Assembly: GCA_964449445.1 (NCBI GenBank)
Contig: CAYUZT010000006.1
Location: 12,223-76,222, forward strand
From: an uncultured Candidatus Peribacteria bacterium
GTDB lineage: Bacteria > Patescibacteriota > Gracilibacteria > Peribacterales > Peribacteraceae
Direction of reading: 5' to 3'
DNA: 64,000 bases
Both the position numbers and the translations under genes were made by a program. Under the pieces are notes generated by a model, which was given only the letters and a program-made list of their open reading frames with translations, was not told where the DNA came from and searched no databases. Positions 34,651 to 44,217 of the stretch are shown here, one piece after another (the first letter of the stretch is position 1; each line of letters opens with the position of its first letter).

Positions 34651-34730
34651 TGGCTGCAGAGTCTAAGTAAAAGGCGAAAAATAGCAAAAAAATGAAGATA
34701 CGATTTACAAAAAACCCGTCACTTCGCCAC

Positions 34731-34764
34731 AAACCCACCTGCGCTAAAGCTTCGGTGGGCAGGC
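34731..34764 (-). repeat. REP-like hairpin of the CTGCCCACC...GGTGGG family, inverted orientation
   Basis: Reverse complement reads cctgcccaccgaagctttagcgcaggtggg; directly downstream of TrmB-3 stop. Confidence 0.7.
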
Positions 34765-34772
34765 GCCGTCGC

Positions 34773-35528
34773 CTACTTTGCAACGAACGCTGTTGCTCCC
34801 AGCCACGCAAGATCAAAGACGGCCTTCATCGTGCGTGCGAATGCGGGACTTTCGACAATGAGACCGAGCAGCTCATCCTGATTGAGCGAAACGATGCCGA
34901 CGGAGTTATTGAAGACAAGCACTTCGTTCTCAAACAGGAACTGATCGCGGTTCACGAGCAAGATCTCCAACAGGTTGTGATCGAATTTCTTGGGAAGAAA
35001 TTGGTCCATCACATGAACGCTCTCCACTGTGGTTGGCGACAGGTAGCGGGTCTTGATCTTCCGCTTTATCTTTTCATGCGTATAGCGCTCGAAGAATTCC
35101 GGAAAGAAGGTGGTCACGCTCTTGAGGTTTGTGTAGCCGAGAATCTCACTCTTGGCAGAGAGGGATTCCGTAAACACGCGCTCCACTCCGTCCTGTCCTT
35201 CGTAAAAACGGATCTTCGGCCGGAACCCAAGCGAGCTCGCAAGGGACTTGAGTGATGGCAAGAGCCCCTTCGCGATATTTAATTTCTCCTCGGCAATCTC
35301 GAGAATTTGTTCAGGAGGCTCAGGTGCGAAACACTTCACACCATTGCGGTTGTACTGACTGAGGAGTCTTTTCGCGAGAAGATTCTCGACAGTGTGATAG
35401 CAACTGACGCGATTCACTCCCGCTTTGCGCGCAATGTTGCTGACGGGACCACCGTTGATTTCCAGAACGGCGAGATACACTTTCGCTTCTTCGTCTGTCA
35501 GCCCGAGCTTGAGGAGTTCTGTGATCAT
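34773..35528 (-). CDS. TrmB-family transcriptional regulator (3)
   Basis: LGLTDEEAKVYLAVLEINGGPVSNIARKAGVNRVSCYHTVENLLAKRLL. Confidence 0.8.
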   Translation of the reverse strand: MITELLKLGLTDEEAKVYLAVLEINGGPVSNIARKAGVNRVSCYHTVENLLAKRLLSQYNRNGVKCFAPEPPEQILEIAEEKLNIAKGLLPSLKSLASSLGFRPKIRFYEGQDGVERVFTESLSAKSEILGYTNLKSVTTFFPEFFERYTHEKIKRKIKTRYLSPTTVESVHVMDQFLPKKFDHNLLEILLVNRDQFLFENEVLVFNNSVGIVSLNQDELLGLIVESPAFARTMKAVFDLAWLGATAFVAK

Positions 35529-35560
35529 AGGCAGATGTCATGGTGAGGCGTTGCGCTGGG

Positions 35561-35627
35561 ATGTCATGGTGAGCGGAGACGAACCATGACTCCATCTGTC
35601 ATCCCTCGTCTCCGCTCGGGATGACAC
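35561..35627. repeat. ~70-bp double-hairpin REP-like element, copy B (inverted relative to 3073-3141)
   Basis: gtcatggt-N12-accatgac (35563-35590) and gtcatccc-N12-gggatgac (35598-35625). Confidence 0.85.
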
Positions 35628-35802
35628 TACCACTGTTGTCGAAGTTTTTCTACAGTTTTTACTGTATGAAAAATGGCTTATAGGAGCCAAAAATATGAGA
35701 TTATATGTAACACTGTTGGACGAAAATGACTCGTTCATGCACACTGTGCACGTCACAGAAAGCCATAACAACTCACTGCCCAATTTGTGCCCCCATTTTT
35801 CT

Positions 35803-37482
35803 ATGTCTTCATCATGTCTACAGTGCAAAAAATCGTTTGAGATCATGAAAGAAGATCTCGAATTCCTCGAAAAGCTCTCACCGGAGATCGGCGGAAAGAG
35901 GTTCGCACTGCCTCCGCCCACACTCTGTCCTGATTGCAGACTCCAACGCCGCCTGGCGCACGTGAATCAACTGAACCTCTACGAGCGGACGTGCGACCTC
36001 TCGGGTGCGACGGTAATCAGCAATCACCATCCGAAGAGTCCATACAAAGTGTACCGGCAGGAAGATTGGCATAGCGACAAGTGGGAGGGGGCAACGTATG
36101 GACGGCCGTTTGATTTCTCACGACCTTTCTTTGAGCAATACCAGGAACTGAGCCTTGCAGTCCCACGACCGAACCTCTTCACGGGATACGAGTTTGATGA
36201 GAACTCGCAATACACGAACCACGCGGGAAAGAATAAGAACTGCTACCTGATCTTCGATAGTGATGAAAATCGGGATTGTTACTACAGCTACAGCATCAAT
36301 CACTGCGTGAACTGCTCCGATTGCTTCCGTACACGCCGCAGTGAGCTCTGCTACGAGTGCGTAGACTGCGTGCAATGCTACGGGAGCGGATTTTTGCAGG
36401 ACTGCGAGAACTGTTCAGATTCTCTCTTTTTGAAAAACTGCATCGGCTGCCGTAGCTGCCTGATGTGCAGCAATCTGAAAAACAAGGAGTACCACGTGGA
36501 GAACAAACCCGTTTCCAAGGAAGAGTACGAGAAGATGCGCGACATGCTCTCATCCCATTCTGTCTTGCAGAACGCGGCAAAGAGATTTGCCAAGCTCAAG
36601 CTGGAACATCCGCAGAAATACATGCATGGCACGCAGAATGAGAATGTGACGGGCGATTACCTGGTCAACTGCAAGAATGCCTTCCGGTGCTTCGATACGG
36701 AGAACCTGTGGGATGGCCGCTACGTGTACCAGGGTTTCATGCCGCTCAAGGATTGCATGGACGTGCACGAATGCGGCGAAGGAGAACTGCTCTACGAGTG
36801 TTCTGTCGCCGGCTATCAAATACAGCGTCTCTGGTTTTCGGCTTACACGCTGGCTGCATCCAGTGACCAGCTCTACTGTCAGCATTGTCCGCATAGTAAA
36901 CACTGCTTTGGCTGCATCGGCATTCGGCGCAAGGAGTACTGCCTCCTCAACACGCAGTACTCTCAGGAAGAGTACGATCAATTGGTACCGAAGATAATCA
37001 AACACATGCAAAAGACGGGTGAATGGGGACAATTCTTTCCAATCAGTCTCTCCACGTTCGGATATAACCAATCGCTTGCACAGGATTACTATCCACTGGA
37101 GAAGAAAGACGTTATGAAACACAACTGGGCATGGTTCGATGAGCCGGATTCAGCTGATCGGTATCTGGGACCGCAAGTGAATGTTCCGGAGAGGATCCAA
37201 GACGTCACCGACGATATCACCAAGCAGATACTGACCTGTGAAACATCGGGAAAGCAGTTCAAAATCATCCCGCAGGAACTCGCACTCTACCGGCAACTCA
37301 GAGTGCCGCTCCCCCGCAACCGCTTCTTTGAGCGCCACCGCAGCCGCCTTGCACAACGGAACCCCCGAACTCTTCACGCACGATCATGCGATAACTGCAA
37401 AACTCCAATCGAAACGACGTACGCCACAAATCGGCCGGAAAAAATCTACTGCGAATCGTGCTATCAGCAATCTTTGATATGA
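35803..37482 (+). CDS. Cys-rich double-zinc-ribbon repeat protein, paralog 4 (first gene of 7-gene operon)
   Basis: ORF 35695 trimmed to ATG 35803 (MSSSCLQCKKSFEI); ends CESCYQQSLI; TGA overlaps next ATG (ATGA). Confidence 0.9.
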   Translation: MSSSCLQCKKSFEIMKEDLEFLEKLSPEIGGKRFALPPPTLCPDCRLQRRLAHVNQLNLYERTCDLSGATVISNHHPKSPYKVYRQEDWHSDKWEGATYGRPFDFSRPFFEQYQELSLAVPRPNLFTGYEFDENSQYTNHAGKNKNCYLIFDSDENRDCYYSYSINHCVNCSDCFRTRRSELCYECVDCVQCYGSGFLQDCENCSDSLFLKNCIGCRSCLMCSNLKNKEYHVENKPVSKEEYEKMRDMLSSHSVLQNAAKRFAKLKLEHPQKYMHGTQNENVTGDYLVNCKNAFRCFDTENLWDGRYVYQGFMPLKDCMDVHECGEGELLYECSVAGYQIQRLWFSAYTLAASSDQLYCQHCPHSKHCFGCIGIRRKEYCLLNTQYSQEEYDQLVPKIIKHMQKTGEWGQFFPISLSTFGYNQSLAQDYYPLEKKDVMKHNWAWFDEPDSADRYLGPQVNVPERIQDVTDDITKQILTCETSGKQFKIIPQELALYRQLRVPLPRNRFFERHRSRLAQRNPRTLHARSCDNCKTPIETTYATNRPEKIYCESCYQQSLI

Positions 37483-39149
37483 AATCACCCGCTTGTGCAC
37501 AGTGCCGACAATCATTGGAGATCACGAAGAATGATCTGAAATTCTATGATCTGGTTTCTCCAGTCATTGCGGGAAAGAAGTACCTCGTCCCTCCCCCCAC
37601 ACTCTGTCCCGACTGCCGCAGGCAACGGCGGCTGAGTTTTCGAAACGAACGAACGCTCTATCACCGAAAATGCGACTTCTCTGGAAAGCAGCTCATCTCA
37701 AATTTTGCGGTGGATGCCGAAAATCCCGCCTACGCGTATGAAGAATGGTGGAGTGACAAATGGGATGCAAAAAGTTTTGGCCGCGCATTCGACTGGAGCA
37801 AAACATTCTTCGACCAGTACGCCGAACTGCAGCGTGTCGTCCCGCAACTAGCACTGCTGGTCTGGAATTCCGAAAACAGCGACTACTGCAACTGTGTGGG
37901 AAACGTCAAAGACTGCTACCTCATTTTTGGCTCTGTGTACTCACAAGATTGCTACTACGGATCGCCGTACTACTCTAAAAACTGCGTCGATACGCTTCTC
38001 GTCCGAGAATGCGAGCGATGCTACGAATGCGTCGATTGCCGCAAGCTCTACGGGTGCATTGGCTGCCGGGACTGTCACAACGGATGCGATCTGCTCTTTT
38101 GCTACGACTGTCAGAGCTGTACCGACTGCATCGGCTGTGCTGGTTTGCGGCAAAAAAAGCACTGCATCCTCAATACGCAATATACAAAAGAGGAATATGA
38201 AAAATTACGCGCAAAATTCGACCTCTCGGATCCGAAAACTCATGCGTCTCTGCGGGAAAAACTTCGCAAAATTTCCCTGGAAATCCCCCATCGGTTCATG
38301 CAGTGCGCGCAGACGGAGAACGTGAGCGGCAATTTCGTGTATCAGTCGAAGAACGTCCACGACTCGTATTATGCCGATCGATGCGAAGATTGCGGCTACT
38401 GCGCACAGGTGGTAGATCTGAAAGACTGTCATGATAACAATTACACCGAAGAGAACGAGCGTTGCTATGAGTACATCGGTAACTACCAGAACAATCACCT
38501 TCTCTTCTCCCGTTTCTCCAATCATGTGTCAGAGAGCATGTACTGCGATAGCTGTTTCACGAGCAAGAATCTTTTTGGATGCATCGGGCTGCGGAATTCT
38601 GAGTACTGCATCCTTAATAAACAGTACACGAAGGACGAATATGAAGACCTTGTTCCGAAAATCATCGCCTACATGCAAAAAACGGGAGAATGGGGAGAAT
38701 TCTGGCCCACGCGGATCAGTCCCTTCGGCTATAACGAGACAGTCGCGCAGGAATACTTCCCGCTCACGCAAAAAGACACGAAGAAAAACGGGTGGAAATG
38801 GCATACGGAAGAAGAATCGAGCGAAAAGTACCTGGGACCGACAGTGGAAATCCCCCGGAAGATTGAAGATGTGACGGAAGAGATCTGTCAGAAAATTCTG
38901 CTGTGTGACGTGACCGAACGACCGTACAAAATCATCCCGCAGGAATTGAAGTTCTATAAGGAGATGGGCATTCCGATTCCCCGCAGCTGTCCCGATGAAC
39001 GTCATAGAGAACGCATGGCACTCCGTAATCCTCGCACGCTGTGGGCGCGAGCATGTTCCAAGTGCGGCAAGGAGATCCGGACAACGTATGCGCCCGATCG
39101 ACCGGAAATCGTCTACTGCGAAGAGTGTTATCTCGCTACTGTGTACTAA
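37479..39149 (+). CDS. Cys-rich double-zinc-ribbon repeat protein, paralog 5
   Basis: ORF 37458 trimmed to ATG 37479 (MKSPACAQCRQSLEI); 41 Cys by hand count; ends CEECYLATVY. Confidence 0.9.
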   Translation: MKSPACAQCRQSLEITKNDLKFYDLVSPVIAGKKYLVPPPTLCPDCRRQRRLSFRNERTLYHRKCDFSGKQLISNFAVDAENPAYAYEEWWSDKWDAKSFGRAFDWSKTFFDQYAELQRVVPQLALLVWNSENSDYCNCVGNVKDCYLIFGSVYSQDCYYGSPYYSKNCVDTLLVRECERCYECVDCRKLYGCIGCRDCHNGCDLLFCYDCQSCTDCIGCAGLRQKKHCILNTQYTKEEYEKLRAKFDLSDPKTHASLREKLRKISLEIPHRFMQCAQTENVSGNFVYQSKNVHDSYYADRCEDCGYCAQVVDLKDCHDNNYTEENERCYEYIGNYQNNHLLFSRFSNHVSESMYCDSCFTSKNLFGCIGLRNSEYCILNKQYTKDEYEDLVPKIIAYMQKTGEWGEFWPTRISPFGYNETVAQEYFPLTQKDTKKNGWKWHTEEESSEKYLGPTVEIPRKIEDVTEEICQKILLCDVTERPYKIIPQELKFYKEMGIPIPRSCPDERHRERMALRNPRTLWARACSKCGKEIRTTYAPDRPEIVYCEECYLATVY

Positions 39150-39151
39150 CC

Positions 39152-40828
39152 ATGCCAAATACTTGCACACAATGTCGGCAATCCTTCGAGATTACGAGTG
39201 AAGATCTCGCATTTTATGAGAAAGCGTCACCGATCATCAATGGAAAGACATACTTGATTCCCTCCCCGACCCTCTGTCCCGACTGCCGCGTGCAGCGGCG
39301 CATGGGGTGGCGCAATGACCGCACGTTCTACCATCGTAAATGTGATTTATCGGGAAAGCAGATCATCAGCCTCTACCCGCCGGTGACGCCGTTCCCTGTG
39401 TACCACCAGAGCGAGTGGTACAGCGACAAATGGGACCCGATGACCTACGGCCGTTCCTTCGATTTCTCACGTCCATTCTTCGATCAGTGGAAAGAATTGA
39501 TGAACACGGTGCCGCGCCTGGGCATTGATATCGTGAATTGCGAGAACAGTGACTACTGCAACTACTGTGGGGATGATAAAAACTGCTATTTGGATATCGC
39601 TGGCGAAGCCAACGAAGACTGCTACTTCGATCTCTTCACCAAATACAGCAAGAACTGCGTCGACTGTACCTTCGCGTACAACTCCACCCTCTGCTACGAA
39701 TGTATTCAGGTCTACAACTGTTACAACGTCCGGTATTCACAGTACATGGAGGATTGTTCTGATTGCGCGCTGTGCTTTGACTGCAAAGGGTCGCGTAATT
39801 GTCTCCTCTGCATCAATCAGCGCAACAAGGAGTACTGCATTCTGAATCAACAATATTCAAAAGAGGAGTTCCAGAAAAAACTCTCCGAGTTGAAGCTGAA
39901 TTCTTGGAAAGGATTACAAGCGGTCTTCGCGCTCTGGAAGAAGATGCGTATCGAGAAAGGCATCTACCGCGATATGTACAACCTGAGCTGCGAGAATGTG
40001 ATCGGCAATGACGTGAAAAATTCCAAGAGCTGCCGCCACTGCTTCAATGTGACTAACAGCGAAGACGGCGCGTACCTCTACGACGTACTCGATGCGAAAG
40101 ATTGCCAGGATATGAACTATTCCCTCTACAAGCCCGAGCTCGCCTACGACACGATCTCCACTCTGCAGATGCGCTCCTCGGCGTTCAATATGGCCTCACA
40201 TTACTGCTCGAGCGTCTTCTACTGCGATCTCACGAACAATTCCAAGAACCTCTTTGGCTGCATCGGCCTTAATCACAAGGAGTACTGCATCCTGAACAAG
40301 CAGTACACAAAGAAAGAGTACGAGGAGCTTCTGCCGAAGATCATTACACATATGGAGACGACGAAAGAATGGGGAAATTTTTTCCCACTGACGATCTCCC
40401 CCTTCGGATACAACGAAACCGTTGCTCAGGAGTATATGCCGCTTAAGAAGACCGATGTGCAGTCACGCACGTGGACATGGCGAGACGAATCTGCGGCCGA
40501 TCAAGAATATTTGGGACCATCGGTTGAAATCCCCGACCGCATAGAGGACGTGAACGACGATATCACCGGAAAAATCCTGAAATGCGCCGGTTCAGGCAAA
40601 CCGTTTAAGATTATTCCCCAAGAATTGAAATTCTATAAGCAGCAAGGAATTCCTATCCCGAGAAAATCGCCCCAAGAGCGTCACAAAGAACGTAATCACC
40701 TCCGTTCTCCACGAAAACTCTGGGAACGAACGTGTACGAAATGCTCGAAGAGCACCACGAGTTCCTATGCACCCGATCGGCCTGAGAAAATCTATTGTGA
40801 AGAGTGCTATTTGAAAGCCGTCTATTGA
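39152..40828 (+). CDS. Cys-rich double-zinc-ribbon repeat protein, paralog 6
   Basis: ORF 39041 trimmed to ATG 39152 (MPNTCTQCRQSFEI), 2 nt after paralog-5 stop. Confidence 0.9.
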   Translation: MPNTCTQCRQSFEITSEDLAFYEKASPIINGKTYLIPSPTLCPDCRVQRRMGWRNDRTFYHRKCDLSGKQIISLYPPVTPFPVYHQSEWYSDKWDPMTYGRSFDFSRPFFDQWKELMNTVPRLGIDIVNCENSDYCNYCGDDKNCYLDIAGEANEDCYFDLFTKYSKNCVDCTFAYNSTLCYECIQVYNCYNVRYSQYMEDCSDCALCFDCKGSRNCLLCINQRNKEYCILNQQYSKEEFQKKLSELKLNSWKGLQAVFALWKKMRIEKGIYRDMYNLSCENVIGNDVKNSKSCRHCFNVTNSEDGAYLYDVLDAKDCQDMNYSLYKPELAYDTISTLQMRSSAFNMASHYCSSVFYCDLTNNSKNLFGCIGLNHKEYCILNKQYTKKEYEELLPKIITHMETTKEWGNFFPLTISPFGYNETVAQEYMPLKKTDVQSRTWTWRDESAADQEYLGPSVEIPDRIEDVNDDITGKILKCAGSGKPFKIIPQELKFYKQQGIPIPRKSPQERHKERNHLRSPRKLWERTCTKCSKSTTSSYAPDRPEKIYCEECYLKAVY

Positions 40829-42495
40829 TGGAAAAAACATGTCTCCAATGCACGGCTGTGTTTGAGATCACGAAAGAGGATCTCGTGTTCTATGAGAAAG
40901 TTTCACCGATCATTGCCGGGAAGACATATCCGATTCCACCGCCCACGCTCTGCCCCGACTGCCGCCTGCAGCGCCGACTATGCTGGCGGAGCGAAACGAA
41001 ACTCTATCATCGCAAATACGACAAGACCGGGAAGCAGATTATCTCGATGTACTCGCAGGACAAACCGCACAAGGTGTACGCACAGGAAGAATGGTGGGGC
41101 GATGGATGGGATCCTTTCGATTATGGAAAGTCGTTTGATTCCACCCGCCCGTTCTTTGAACAATTTGGCGAACTGATTCTCCAGGTTCCACGACCATCTC
41201 TTATCTGCGAACAATCTGAAAATTGCAATTACTGTCACAACACGACATTTTCAAAAAACTCTTACCTTTGTTTTGCTGCTCTGGAAATCGAAAATTGTTA
41301 CTACGATTACATCCTCGTCAAATGCAGGGATGCCATCGACTGCCTGAGCGTGTCGGGTTCCGAACTTTGCTACCAGTGTATCAACAGCAGACAATGCTAC
41401 CGCTGCTCAGATGTTCAGAATGCCATCAACTGCAGAGATTGCACGTTCTGCTTCGACTGTACGGGATGCAAAAATTGCATCGGCTGCGTCGGTCTGCGTC
41501 AAAAAGAGTTCCATGTATTTAATGCACCCGTATCAAAAGATGAATTTGAGAAAATGCGCCGGTCCCTTGACTCCCATACGGCATATGAGGCTTTGCGAAA
41601 GAAGTTCGGACAGCTGAAAATTGGACTGCCGCACCGTGCCAGCTTCCAGGTGAGCTGCGAAGATTGCACTGGTGATCATATTTTCCATTCCAGGCGCTGT
41701 CTTTCCTGTTTTGAAATCGAGGACTGCGAAGACATCGCCTATTCACATAACACAAATAAATTCAAAGATTCCATGGACGTCTTCGGTGCGATGATGGGCG
41801 GAGAATTGCAATATGACAACATTGCGGCAGGTGGAGGAGTCCATGTGATGTTTTCGTACCTCAGCTGGCATAATTCCGACTCGTACTATCTCAATTATTG
41901 TCACAATTCGCGCGACCTCTTCGGATGCATCGGATTGCGGCAGAAGCAATACTGCATCCTGAATACGCAATATACGAAGGAAGAATACGAGCAGCTCCTC
42001 CCAAAAATCATTCAACACATGCAAAAAACAGGAGAATGGGGGCAATTCCTTCCAGTCGCTCTCTCCCCGATTGGTTACAACGAGAGCAATGCATATAGCT
42101 TTTATCCTCTGACCCGTGATGAGTGCCTCGCGCGCGGATGGAAGTGGAATGACGAAGATGATTCTCGCGAAAAATATTTAGGACCGAGTGAGCGTATTCC
42201 CGATTCCATCGCCGACGTTACCGATGATATCTGCCAGAAAATTCTCATCTGCGAAGCAACCGGCAAGCCATACAAGATCATTCCGCAAGAACTCGCTTTC
42301 TATAGAACGATGGCCATCCCGATCCCCAGGAAGTGTCCGGATCAGCGTCACAAAGAAAGAATGACACGCAGGAATCCCCGCAAACTCTGGAAGAGAACAT
42401 GTGCAAAGTGCTCAAAGGAGATCCAGACGACGTATGCACCCAATCGTCCGGAGAAAATCTACTGTGAAGAATGCTATCTGAAGGAGGTATACTAA
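40828..42495 (+). CDS. Cys-rich double-zinc-ribbon repeat protein, paralog 7
   Basis: ORF 40804 trimmed to ATG 40828 (MEKTCLQCTAVFEI); TGATG 1-nt overlap with paralog 6. Confidence 0.9.
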   Translation: MEKTCLQCTAVFEITKEDLVFYEKVSPIIAGKTYPIPPPTLCPDCRLQRRLCWRSETKLYHRKYDKTGKQIISMYSQDKPHKVYAQEEWWGDGWDPFDYGKSFDSTRPFFEQFGELILQVPRPSLICEQSENCNYCHNTTFSKNSYLCFAALEIENCYYDYILVKCRDAIDCLSVSGSELCYQCINSRQCYRCSDVQNAINCRDCTFCFDCTGCKNCIGCVGLRQKEFHVFNAPVSKDEFEKMRRSLDSHTAYEALRKKFGQLKIGLPHRASFQVSCEDCTGDHIFHSRRCLSCFEIEDCEDIAYSHNTNKFKDSMDVFGAMMGGELQYDNIAAGGGVHVMFSYLSWHNSDSYYLNYCHNSRDLFGCIGLRQKQYCILNTQYTKEEYEQLLPKIIQHMQKTGEWGQFLPVALSPIGYNESNAYSFYPLTRDECLARGWKWNDEDDSREKYLGPSERIPDSIADVTDDICQKILICEATGKPYKIIPQELAFYRTMAIPIPRKCPDQRHKERMTRRNPRKLWKRTCAKCSKEIQTTYAPNRPEKIYCEECYLKEVY

Positions 42496-42499
42496 CCTC

Positions 42500-44164
42500 A
42501 TGCCGAATTCCTGCACAGAATGCGCAGCAACATGGAACGTGAGTTCTCGCGATCAGGCGTTCTATGATCAGATGAACGTGCCGCCGCCGAAATCCTGCCC
42601 CGATTGCCGCTTGATGCGCAGGCTCGTGGAAAGGAACGCGCGAACGCTCTACAAACGGAAATGTGATCTGACCGGCAAAGATTTTATTTCTCCCTACCAT
42701 CCCGATCACTCGTTTCCCGTCTATACTCCCGATGCTTGGTGGAGTGACGGATGGGATGAAATGAAGTACGGACACGATATCGACTTCTCTCGTCCCTTTT
42801 TCGAGCAATTCTCACAGTTGCTCAACGCCGTTCCCCATCAGGGACAGTTTGTGGTCCCGGGCACCATGCAGAACAGTGACTACGTGAACTGCGCGGGGTA
42901 CTTGAAGGACTGCTATTTGATCGCCGAAACCGATTACAACGAGCACTGCTACTACGGTAACCGGATTTTTCACAATAAATCGATGGTCGACTGCAGCAAT
43001 GTCTACGAGAACGAGCTCTGCTATGAATCCATCGACTGCATCAAATGCTACGGACTGCGCTTCTGTCAGGAATGCCAAAATTGCAGCGAAAGTTTTTTCC
43101 TGGATAACTGCATCGGCTGCCGCGACTGCATCGGCTGCATCAATCTGCGGCAAAAGCAGTACTGCATCCTGAACAAGCAGCTGACGAAGGAGGAATATGA
43201 GCGACAGAAAGCGGGGCTCAAGCTCAACACCTACGATGGAGTCCAGAAGATGCGGAAAGATGCCGACACGTTCTTTGCGACCCAGCCGCACAAGTCCGTC
43301 CAGAACGAACACAACGAGCGTTCGAGCGGCAACCACCTGTACGACTCCAAGGACGCCGAGGACTGCTACGACTGTAAAGATCTGGAAGACTGTGTACGCT
43401 GCGCCCGCACATTCTCGGTGAAATCTTCAATGGATTACACTTCGTGGGGAGATAAATCTGAATTGATGTACCAGTGTGCCTCCAGCGGCGATAACGCCTA
43501 CAACTTAAAGTTCTGCACCACCTGCACCACCAATAACAGCAATTTGGAATACTGCGCGCATTGTTCGGGCTGCTCCGATTGTTTTGGCTGCGTCGGCACA
43601 CGGAAGAAGAAGTACTGCATCTTCAACAAGCAGTATTCCAAGGAAGAGTACGCGACACTGCGAGACCAATTGATCGCGCATATGAAAAAATCAGGTGAAT
43701 GGGGAGAATTTTTCCCGAAGTCCCTTTGTCCCTTCGCCTACAACGAGACGATTGCCATGGAATACTTCCCATTGACGAAAGAAGAAGCGATCAAACGCGG
43801 ATACCACTGGCGGGACGAGCAGATCGAAAAACCCGATGTTCCTAAAGTGATCCGTGCCGAGCAGTTACCGCAGTCTATCGGTGAGATTCCCGATGATGTA
43901 CTCAACTGGGCTGTCACATGCCTTGTCTCAAAGAGACCGTTTCGGATCATCAAACAAGAACTCGCATTTTATCGGCAGCTGGATCTGCCATTGCCGCGTA
44001 AACATCCCGATGAGCGGCACAAAGAGCGCATTGCCCGGCGTTCCGGCGTTAAACTGTTTCCGCGCGCGTGTGCGAAATGCAGGAAGCAGATGCAAACAAC
44101 CTATGCTCCTGAGAGGTCGGATATTGTCTATTGTGAAGATTGCTACCTCAAAGAGGTGTATTAG
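42500..44164 (+). CDS. Cys-rich double-zinc-ribbon repeat protein, paralog 8
   Basis: MPNSCTECAATWNV; 4 nt after paralog-7 stop; preceded by AAGGAGGTATACTAA. Confidence 0.9.
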   Translation: MPNSCTECAATWNVSSRDQAFYDQMNVPPPKSCPDCRLMRRLVERNARTLYKRKCDLTGKDFISPYHPDHSFPVYTPDAWWSDGWDEMKYGHDIDFSRPFFEQFSQLLNAVPHQGQFVVPGTMQNSDYVNCAGYLKDCYLIAETDYNEHCYYGNRIFHNKSMVDCSNVYENELCYESIDCIKCYGLRFCQECQNCSESFFLDNCIGCRDCIGCINLRQKQYCILNKQLTKEEYERQKAGLKLNTYDGVQKMRKDADTFFATQPHKSVQNEHNERSSGNHLYDSKDAEDCYDCKDLEDCVRCARTFSVKSSMDYTSWGDKSELMYQCASSGDNAYNLKFCTTCTTNNSNLEYCAHCSGCSDCFGCVGTRKKKYCIFNKQYSKEEYATLRDQLIAHMKKSGEWGEFFPKSLCPFAYNETIAMEYFPLTKEEAIKRGYHWRDEQIEKPDVPKVIRAEQLPQSIGEIPDDVLNWAVTCLVSKRPFRIIKQELAFYRQLDLPLPRKHPDERHKERIARRSGVKLFPRACAKCRKQMQTTYAPERSDIVYCEDCYLKEVY

Positions 44165-44217
44165 GAGGCTTGCCGCGGCGAAGTAATTTGCGCGAAGCCG
44201 GGTATACTGACTCTCCT

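Noticed and set aside
35695-35802. N-terminal extensions of paralog ORFs in the ORF track (35695, 37458, 39041, 40804, 44140, 25362)
   Set aside because: The extensions overlap the preceding gene or a repeat element and are not conserved between copies. Every copy aligns from a Met 4-6 residues before the first CxxC, so those starts were used.
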